IMG/VR virus record: IMGVR_UViG_3300024346_009227
Location: 32,001-96,000 of that record
DNA length: 64,000 nt
Source: a virus
Direction: 5' to 3' (one strand)
In this document: one piece after another, positions 56,730 through 64,000 of the stretch
Layout of the letters: every line of letters starts with the position of its first letter
Position numbering within the stretch: the stretch's first letter is position 1
Position numbers and translations under genes: made by a program
Notes under the pieces: model-generated
What the model saw: only the letters and a program-made list of their open reading frames with translations
What the model was told of the DNA's origin: nothing
Database searches by the model: none

Positions 56730-57416
56730 CTATATCTTTATAATAAAATTAATGGCTATTGATGGAGGCATAATCCCGAATGCAGTTCCACTACCTGTGT
56801 TAGAATTTGTAACTGAATGAGTATGTGTGGCACTTTGAGTTCCAAATGTAGTTGAATGAGTATGACCAACAGAATTACCACCTGTTAATGGTGTTCCCGA
56901 ACTGCTAGCAGTGGTTGAATCTATAATACCAACTTGTAAACCAGTAGTTCCTATAGGCTTATTGTAACTGTGCGTATGATTAACACTATGGCCACCGCTT
57001 GTACCTGTGTGAGTATGATTAGCACTTTGTGTTCCAACTGTAGCGGTATGGGTATGTGGTGGAAGATTTGTTTCTGCTAATGTTACTGTCTCTGCACCAA
57101 TATTCGCCCCTAAAGTTCTAGCAGTAAGCGATGTGCCTGTTCCAGCACCTATGGGTAATCGCCCTCTCATATCTGGTAATGCAAATGTGGTGTTGGAATT
57201 ACCAGCCCCATATGTGGTTCCAATAACTTTGAATAAATCGCCATAAGTCTTTCTACTGACAGCACTTCCGTCACATATAAGCCACCCATTTGGAGCAGTA
57301 GAACCAGCAAACATTTGAATAATACCAGACGATATAGTAGTCTCTTGAACTGCTTGAAACGCAGAACCTTTTGGAGAATTGCTTGGTATCATGCCATAGC
57401 TAAACGCTCCAGCCAT
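56730..57416 (-). CDS. Tail-collar domain fibre protein, paralog 1
   Basis: Same architecture. ATG 57416 overlaps the upstream TAA (TAATG). Confidence 0.88.
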   Translation of the reverse strand: MAGAFSYGMIPSNSPKGSAFQAVQETTISSGIIQMFAGSTAPNGWLICDGSAVSRKTYGDLFKVIGTTYGAGNSNTTFALPDMRGRLPIGAGTGTSLTARTLGANIGAETVTLAETNLPPHTHTATVGTQSANHTHTGTSGGHSVNHTHSYNKPIGTTGLQVGIIDSTTASSSGTPLTGGNSVGHTHSTTFGTQSATHTHSVTNSNTGSGTAFGIMPPSIAINFIIKI

Positions 57417-57862
57417 TAATAACTTCCCCCCATTACACAAACTTGCAATGCAGTAGTACTAGCAGTAGTAGTAACACTAACAGAGGCAAAAAGTTTAAAT
57501 GTAGATGGCAAAACAAGAGGATTGGCAAAAGTCAATGTGGTAGTAAATCCAGCAACAGTAGTTGAAGGAGTTACAGCGGTCACAAGTATTTCTGTAAACA
57601 AATAAGCTGTAGTACCATCATGTACCCATATGCCTACGATATTACCAGCGGTAGGTGCTGTAAAAGCGGTAGAGCAAGCATTGACTTGAATAGCATCAAT
57701 TCTTAGCCCATTAGTAGAAGTGGGTACAACCTCTACTATATTTGCTGCTGCAAGACTAGCTGTTACTGTTGGACCTCTAGTTGTACACGCTGTTTGTGCT
57801 GCAAGTGTTTTTGCAACAAAGTATGGAGCTTGAGGAAAAATAGGTGTTGATGTAACTGGCAT
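57416..57862 (-). CDS. Hypothetical virion protein
   Basis: Ala/Thr-rich beta protein coupled to the collagen gene (TAATG). Ends MGGSY. Confidence 0.7.
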   Translation of the reverse strand: MPVTSTPIFPQAPYFVAKTLAAQTACTTRGPTVTASLAAANIVEVVPTSTNGLRIDAIQVNACSTAFTAPTAGNIVGIWVHDGTTAYLFTEILVTAVTPSTTVAGFTTTLTFANPLVLPSTFKLFASVSVTTTASTTALQVCVMGGSY

Positions 57863-60147
57863 TATAAACCTCCAAAGTTGTTAGCTAAGAAAACATTGCT
57901 TGCTGCTGATGGGGCGGTTGACCAAGACAATACGCCAGAACCACTAGTGATTATTACTCCACCATTAGCACCATCTGTTGTTGGCAAAGTCCATATTACA
58001 CTATTTGCTATATTGTCGCCAGCTTTGAATCCTACATAAGTTGTTCCATTTGCTGCCAGTTCATAAAATCTTAATTCGCTTGTGTTGCCAGCAGAAGTAT
58101 TAAAAGGAGTTAAATTTAAAGATCTTGCTAAATATAGTGCGTAGTTAGTATCTACATAAAGAAGATTAGTTCCACCAAAGTTTTGTACTGTAAATAAATT
58201 TGCTGATGGAGAAGAAGATCCTTGGATAGCTATGCCAACTCCAGTCGAAACCTTTACTGTTGTGCCATCAAAAGTAAAGCTGGAAGATCCAGCAGCAGCA
58301 TTGCTTCCATCTTTATAAACAACTTGATTTGCAGATCCAGCCACTGGGCCAGTTAAACCTTGGTTTCCTTGATTTCCTTGTGAGCCTTGATTTCCTGTTC
58401 CAGTTAAACCTTGGTTTCCTTGATTTCCTTGTGAGCCTTGATTTCCTGTTCCAGTTACTCCTTGGAAACCTTGGTTTCCTTGTCCTTGAAATCCTTGATC
58501 GCCCTGATGACCTTGAAAACCTTGTCTGCCTTGAAAACCCTGTTCTCCTTGCCACCCTTGATCGCCCTGATGACCTTGAAAACCCTGTCTTCCTTGAAAT
58601 CCTTGATCTCCTTGTGAGCCTTGATTGCCTTGATGGCCTTGAAATCCTTGTGTACCTGTTCCAGTTGAACCTTGTAAACCTTGCGATCCCTGTGAGCCAT
58701 AACCTTGTGCTCCTTGTTGACCCTGCTGGCCTTGCTCACCTTGCAAACCATAGCCTTGAGCACCCTGTTCACCTTGTGATCCTTGTGAACCATAACCCTG
58801 CAATCCTTGTAAGCCTTGTAATCCCTGCGAACCAACTTGGCCTTGGCTACCTTGAAAACCTTGTTGACCCACTGAACCTTGTGACCCTTGAAATCCTTGC
58901 AATCCTCTTGATCCTTGTGCTCCTATTGCTCCCTGATCCCCCTGCTCTCCTGATCCTGATGGCATTGGAGTTGTAATTACACATGAACACTCTCCAGTAT
59001 CGCCCTTAATACCTTGTCTACCTTGATTGCCTTCAAACCCTTGCCTTCCTTGACTTCCTTGAAAACCATCATATCCTTGATAACCTTGAAAGCCTTGAAC
59101 ACCCTGATTTCCTTGTTCTCCTTGATATCCTCTTGCCCCAGTTAAACCTTGTTGACCTTGTTCGCCCTGATCTCCTTGTGGCCCTCTAATCTGCCCAATA
59201 TTTTTCCAATAGATCGGAGAAATGTCAGTATGTATTAAACCATCGCCAATAGCAGCAACTCGACCACTTGGATCAGGACATGGATATGTTGCAGTGCCTT
59301 GACTTACATCTGTTAATACCCAAACATCATGCAAGATGGCCCCAACAGTTTCATCGTTGAATACATTTTGCCAACTGTCAGAACCTATGATTACAGAACC
59401 ATATCCTACATCACCTTGATAACCTTGATCTCCCTGATTTCCTTGATACCCCTGATTTCCGCTATAACCTTGTTCGCCTTGTTCACCTAATCCTTGATAG
59501 CCTTGATCGCCCTGTTCTCCTTTATTTCCTTGATCTCCCTGACTACCATTTGATCCTTGGCTACCTTGATTTCCAGTAGTTCCAACAACGCCTTGATGCC
59601 CTTGAAATCCTTGTGATCCAAAAGTACCTTGACTTCCTTGATCACCAACATCTCCTTTTAATCCTTGAAATCCCTGATCGCCTTGATTTCCCTGATCTCC
59701 TTGGTAGCCTTGATTGCCCTGATTCCCTTGATCTCCATAAACACCTTGATTTCCTTGATCTCCCTGATCTCCATAAACACCTTGATTCCCTTGTCTTCCT
59801 TGATTGCCTTGATCGCCCTGATAACCTTGATCTCCTTGATATCCCTGATCACCTTGCGAGCCTTCATCTCCTTGACTTCCTTGTTGACCTTGTGATCCTT
59901 GGTCACCTTGATCTCCTTGATTTCCTTGGTCGCCTTGGTGTCCTTGTCTTCCTTGAAAACCTTGAAAACCCTGTTCTCCTTGAGTGCTTTGAAAACCTTG
60001 ATTTCCTTGATTTCCTTGATCTCCTTGAGAACCTTGTGCCCCTGGAACGCCTATAGATATCCAACCAGTATTATTGTATACCCATGACCTTTCGCCAAAT
60101 GTGTATATATCACCTAATTCTGGATCGTCAGGAAAATTTATTGGCAT
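57862..60147 (-). CDS. Collagen-like (Gly-X-Gln) fibre protein
   Basis: Three G-X-Q tracts, N-terminal MPINFPDDP...W motif, and a C-terminal fibre domain (WTLPTTDG..GVLSW). Confidence 0.88.
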   Translation of the reverse strand: MPINFPDDPELGDIYTFGERSWVYNNTGWISIGVPGAQGSQGDQGNQGNQGFQSTQGEQGFQGFQGRQGHQGDQGNQGDQGDQGSQGQQGSQGDEGSQGDQGYQGDQGYQGDQGNQGRQGNQGVYGDQGDQGNQGVYGDQGNQGNQGYQGDQGNQGDQGFQGLKGDVGDQGSQGTFGSQGFQGHQGVVGTTGNQGSQGSNGSQGDQGNKGEQGDQGYQGLGEQGEQGYSGNQGYQGNQGDQGYQGDVGYGSVIIGSDSWQNVFNDETVGAILHDVWVLTDVSQGTATYPCPDPSGRVAAIGDGLIHTDISPIYWKNIGQIRGPQGDQGEQGQQGLTGARGYQGEQGNQGVQGFQGYQGYDGFQGSQGRQGFEGNQGRQGIKGDTGECSCVITTPMPSGSGEQGDQGAIGAQGSRGLQGFQGSQGSVGQQGFQGSQGQVGSQGLQGLQGLQGYGSQGSQGEQGAQGYGLQGEQGQQGQQGAQGYGSQGSQGLQGSTGTGTQGFQGHQGNQGSQGDQGFQGRQGFQGHQGDQGWQGEQGFQGRQGFQGHQGDQGFQGQGNQGFQGVTGTGNQGSQGNQGNQGLTGTGNQGSQGNQGNQGLTGPVAGSANQVVYKDGSNAAAGSSSFTFDGTTVKVSTGVGIAIQGSSSPSANLFTVQNFGGTNLLYVDTNYALYLARSLNLTPFNTSAGNTSELRFYELAANGTTYVGFKAGDNIANSVIWTLPTTDGANGGVIITSGSGVLSWSTAPSAASNVFLANNFGGL

Positions 60148-63100
60148 ATCGTATGTCCTAAGTTTTTATTATGTAGTTCAATGCCATACTTGGCTGCATA
60201 TTGTTATGTGGATTATCACCACCAGTATTGTTTTTATTTTCTATAACTGGAGTAAATGTATGTGTATGGTCTAAGTTTGGAGAGTTATTAGTATAAACAT
60301 CCCAACCAGCTTTTTCATTTCCTCGAACTATAAGCCTATCTAAATAACCACCACCAAGATTAGCAAATCCATTTGCCCCTGTTCCCAATCCTGCTCCAGC
60401 AGCTATTAATTGACTATGATTATGTACTTGATTATTAGACATATAGCCAGTATTACCACCATTGCTACCATATACAATATTAGGATGACTATGTGATGGT
60501 ATTTGACTAGCATTTAAAGTAATAGTTTCTGCCCCTACTGTAACAGACAATCCTCTATTTGTTAAGCCACTTCCTTGCCCAACACCAATTATTGTTCTGC
60601 CTCTTAAGTCTGGTACTCCAAATGTAGTGCCATTTCCTGCACTATATGTTGTTCCAATTACAGCAAATAATGCAGAATAAGTAACTCTAGAATAAGTGTT
60701 TGTACCATCACACAACAACCATCCAGCAGGAGCAGTGCTACCAGCGAAAGCAACTATTGATCCACTTGGAGTTGAAACTGCTGCTGGTGAACTAACCCAA
60801 TTTGTTCCATCGCTTGTAAGAACATTACCAATTGTTCCAACAGATGTAAGCCCAGTTCCACCAGAGCTAACAGTTAAAGTTGCTGATAATCCACCAGCAG
60901 TAATTGCATTTTGATTTATCCAAGCTGGAGCAGCAGAACCATTTGATTTAAGTATTTGCCCACTAGTTCCAGCAGCAAGCATAGCTGTTGATCCAGAACC
61001 AGTTTGATATGAAATTTGTCCTGCTGCACCGCCAGCTAAATGTGTAGCTACTGATGATTTTCCAGTTGTGTCTTGATTAAGTATAGGTATATCAGAAGCA
61101 ACTAAAGCTCTAAATGATGGAGCACCAGTAGAACCATTGGGTGATGCAAGAATAGTATTTGCTGTTTGATTAACTAGACCTATTGTAAATCCACCAGCAG
61201 TAGTAACTGGAGAACCAGAAAGACTAAATATTGCTGGTACAGATAAGGATACAGATGTTACTGATCCGCTGGATTGAAATCCTTGAGATCCTTGAACACC
61301 AACTAAGCCTTGATAACCCTGATAACCTTGTGAGCCATTTGTGCCACTAGAACCCTGTGATCCAGTGCCACCAGTTGCTCCTTGATATCCTTGATTTCCA
61401 GAACTTCCTTGAAGACCTTGAAGACCTTGACTTCCATTTGTTCCTTGGGAACCCTGAGAACCTTGTGCTCCAGTAGATCCAATTATTCCTTGTAATCCTT
61501 GTCTTCCCTGATAACCCTGTTCACCAACAGATCCTTGAACACCTTGATTTCCTTGTCTTCCTTGAAAGCCAATATCTCCTTGACTTCCTTGAACACCTTG
61601 AAATCCTTGATCGCCTTGATTTCCGTAAATTCCTTGCCTACCCTGATCCCCTTGGTTTCCTTGGAATCCTTGAACGCCTTGAATACCTTGATAGCCTTGT
61701 GGCCCTCTAATAAAACCAATATTCTGCCAATAGATAGGGGCATTGCCATTGTATATTAAACCATTTCCAATATTTGCAATACCAATAGATGGGTTTGGGC
61801 ATCCTTCTGTTGCAGTTCCTTGTTCAGTGTCTGTAATTATCCAAACATCACCAACAGTAGCACCAGAGGTTTCAACATTAAATATATTTTCCCAAGTGTC
61901 AGAACCTTTAATGCTAACACCAGATCCTGTCTGACCTTGATAACCTTGATATCCCTGATGCCCTTGAATACCTTGACTTCCTTGGTTGCCTTGTAATCCT
62001 TGAAAACCCTGATAACCTTGAAATCCTTGTTGTCCTTGATCGCCTTGAAGACCTTGATTACCTTGGTTACCTTGAAATCCTTGTCTTCCTTGTAAACCTT
62101 GTCTTCCTTGAAAACCTTGATCTCCCTGTTCGCCTTGTTCGCCTTGTGTTCCTTGTCTGCCTTGAGATCCTTGATTGCCTTGAAAACCTTGATTGCCCCT
62201 ATTTCCCTGTTCACCTTGATCACCTTGATCACCTTGTTCGCCTTGATTTCCTTGAAAGCCTTGTCTTCCTTGAAAACCTTGATATCCTTGATCGCCTTGA
62301 TCGCCCTGATATCCTTGATTGCCTTGATCTCCTTGGATTCCTTGTCTACCTTGTCTTCCTTGAGATCCTTGTAATCCAAAATATCCCTGATAACCTTGAT
62401 CGCCCTGTTCACCTTTTAGTCCTAGAAATCCTTGGTTTCCTCTTAATCCCTGATTTCCTTGGTATCCTTGTTCACCTTGTTCACCTTGTTCGCCTTGTTC
62501 TCCTTGATAACCTTGATTACCTTGATCGCCCTTAGAAACCAATAACGCCCAACCATTATTTGGTGGCGAAGAACCTAATGACCAAGCACCAATGTTTACC
62601 AATTGATAAAATGAACCTTGGTATGTAACCGCATCATTTAAAACATATGTTGTTAATGAAGACCAAGTGCCTATGTATGAGAATGGAACTTCACCTTGAT
62701 AACCCTGATCACCTTGTGTGCCTTGATGACCTTGATATCCTTGATATCCTTGATATCCTTGGTTACCTTGATAGCCTTGCTGTCCTTGGTTCCCCTGATT
62801 TCCTTGAAGACCTTGAAAGCCTTGATAACCTTGTTCGCCTTGATGCCCTTGATATCCTTGTGTTCCTTGAAAACCCTGATAACCTTGATCACCTTGATTG
62901 CCTTGATGTCCTTGAAAACCTTGTAATCCTTGTAAACCCTGCAATCCCTGACTTCCTTGAAAACCAGAACCTTGATGTCCTTGTAAGCCTTGTGCCCCTA
63001 TAGATCCAACAGGTTGAATCCAAATTCCAGTAACGCCATCATATATAAATATGTATATAATGCCTGTCGTTGTGTCTAACCACATATCACCAGCATCTGG

Positions 63101-64000
63101 AGATGATGGGGCAGTAGAACTAGCAGTATATATACCTCTATTTATTCCTTGGTATCCCTGATACCCTTGATATCCAGTATCACCCTTATCACCAGTTCTT
63201 GCAAAAGTGAGCAATACTTCATCATCGTTAGAAAATGTTCCACTTCCAGATAAATAAGAAATTGTAACATCAAAGAAGCTAGGCTCTTGTTCTGATGAAT
63301 TGCTTATAGTATAAAGTGCAAATACTGTAGAGTCATTTTTCTTAGATAATTTAAAGTGGCCCTTCATCGTGCTTGTTGAAGCAGAGATTGTAGCTAAGAA
63401 TAGAGAAAGATCTATGTTTGCATTATTTGGATTATCATCAATTATAACATGCGTAGCTGATGCAAGAGAAGCATTGTTAAATCTTATGTAGTTATCGCCT
63501 GGATCATTGATTGAATAATTATTTGTATCTATTTTATATTCAACTGTTACACCGCCAAAACTACCAGTTGATCCCTGATATCCTTGATCGCCTTGATTGC
63601 CATAATTACCTTGATCGCCTTGTAATCCCTGATCACCTTGATTTCCATGTTCTCCTTGATTGCCTTGATCTCCTTGTAAACCTTGTTCGCCCTGCCAACC
63701 TTGATCGCCTTGATTCCCCTGATTCCCTTGTTCTCCTTGAAATCCTTGCTCGCCCTGATTTCCTTGGAAACCCTGTTCGCCTTGAAATCCTTGCTCACCT
63801 TGGAAACCTTGATCGCCTTGATTTCCTTGGAAACCTTGCTCACCCTGATTACCTTGTTCTCCTTGGAATCCTTGATCACCCTGTGAACCTTGTTCACCCT
63901 GCCAACCTTGATTTCCCTGATCTCCTTGAAAACCTTGAAATCCCTGCTCTCCTTGATTTCCTTGGAATCCTTGTTCACCTTGAAAACCTTGATTTCCTTG
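58345..64000. repeat. 9-nt-period collagen-coding repeats (ccttgNNNN on + strand) in several tracts
   Basis: Hundreds of CAAGG units on the - strand, interrupted by globular domains. Confidence 0.95.
60158..64000 (-). CDS. Collagen-like (Gly-X-Gln) fibre protein with a C-terminal tail-collar domain, 5' end outside the window
   Basis: The frame stays open upstream of the listed Met 63367 up to base 64000 (...GYQGSTGSFGGVTVEYKIDT...STSTMKGHF). Multiple G-X-Q tracts and a collar domain PSGSIVAFAG..PAGWLLCDG..PDLRGR. Confidence 0.88.
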   Translation of the reverse strand, partial: QGNQGFQGEQGFQGNQGEQGFQGFQGDQGNQGWQGEQGSQGDQGFQGEQGNQGEQGFQGNQGDQGFQGEQGFQGEQGFQGNQGEQGFQGEQGNQGNQGDQGWQGEQGLQGDQGNQGEHGNQGDQGLQGDQGNYGNQGDQGYQGSTGSFGGVTVEYKIDTNNYSINDPGDNYIRFNNASLASATHVIIDDNPNNANIDLSLFLATISASTSTMKGHFKLSKKNDSTVFALYTISNSSEQEPSFFDVTISYLSGSGTFSNDDEVLLTFARTGDKGDTGYQGYQGYQGINRGIYTASSTAPSSPDAGDMWLDTTTGIIYIFIYDGVTGIWIQPVGSIGAQGLQGHQGSGFQGSQGLQGLQGLQGFQGHQGNQGDQGYQGFQGTQGYQGHQGEQGYQGFQGLQGNQGNQGQQGYQGNQGYQGYQGYQGHQGTQGDQGYQGEVPFSYIGTWSSLTTYVLNDAVTYQGSFYQLVNIGAWSLGSSPPNNGWALLVSKGDQGNQGYQGEQGEQGEQGEQGYQGNQGLRGNQGFLGLKGEQGDQGYQGYFGLQGSQGRQGRQGIQGDQGNQGYQGDQGDQGYQGFQGRQGFQGNQGEQGDQGDQGEQGNRGNQGFQGNQGSQGRQGTQGEQGEQGDQGFQGRQGLQGRQGFQGNQGNQGLQGDQGQQGFQGYQGFQGLQGNQGSQGIQGHQGYQGYQGQTGSGVSIKGSDTWENIFNVETSGATVGDVWIITDTEQGTATEGCPNPSIGIANIGNGLIYNGNAPIYWQNIGFIRGPQGYQGIQGVQGFQGNQGDQGRQGIYGNQGDQGFQGVQGSQGDIGFQGRQGNQGVQGSVGEQGYQGRQGLQGIIGSTGAQGSQGSQGTNGSQGLQGLQGSSGNQGYQGATGGTGSQGSSGTNGSQGYQGYQGLVGVQGSQGFQSSGSVTSVSLSVPAIFSLSGSPVTTAGGFTIGLVNQTANTILASPNGSTGAPSFRALVASDIPILNQDTTGKSSVATHLAGGAAGQISYQTGSGSTAMLAAGTSGQILKSNGSAAPAWINQNAITAGGLSATLTVSSGGTGLTSVGTIGNVLTSDGTNWVSSPAAVSTPSGSIVAFAGSTAPAGWLLCDGTNTYSRVTYSALFAVIGTTYSAGNGTTFGVPDLRGRTIIGVGQGSGLTNRGLSVTVGAETITLNASQIPSHSHPNIVYGSNGGNTGYMSNNQVHNHSQLIAAGAGLGTGANGFANLGGGYLDRLIVRGNEKAGWDVYTNNSPNLDHTHTFTPVIENKNNTGGDNPHNNMQPSMALNYIIKT

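Noticed and set aside
55348-57416. Diversity-generating retroelement or invertible shufflon acting on the fibre paralogs
   Set aside because: No reverse transcriptase or recombinase is in the window. All copies are full genes in the same orientation, and the differences are not adenine-specific.
58313-63978. Many short ORFs in other frames or on the other strand (IKAIK.., LDLLD.., LISLI..), including 63547..63978
   Set aside because: They are frame shadows of the 9-nt collagen repeat. The true frame is the G-X-Q frame, open to the window end.

Overview
AT-rich, gene-dense fragment of a large tailed dsDNA phage (Caudoviricetes, probably long-tailed). I found no rRNA, tRNA, CRISPR array, integrase or reverse transcriptase. 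The + strand arm (1-17.9 kb) carries replication and metabolism genes: PD-(D/E)XK nuclease, NUDIX hydrolase, a DnaE split into two genes around a DEDDh exonuclease, SSB, PhoH, an ~11-gene glycosylation cluster, a Vsr/DUF559-type homing endonuclease and a Rad52-like annealing protein. It converges on a - strand virion arm (17.9-64 kb): Gly-X-Gln collagen fibres, three tandem tail-collar paralogs, a holin-like gene, neck genes, major tail protein, chaperones, a 4941-aa tape measure protein (TMP) and Thr-rich mucin-like tail-tip proteins. The best candidate for an undescribed system is the TMP. It is punctuated by more than 20 aromatic-x2/3-GG motifs that bracket cargo-like domains: an intact thermonuclease, an HSD-variant J-domain, two PilC/GspF N-terminal-like modules and a glycine zipper. 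This suggests a processed, injected effector polyprotein. Other notable signals are a likely virion glycosylation system and a recurring TGGTGTAWTAW late-promoter motif. All calls come from reading motifs by eye; no database search was run, and sub-gene coordinates are approximate.
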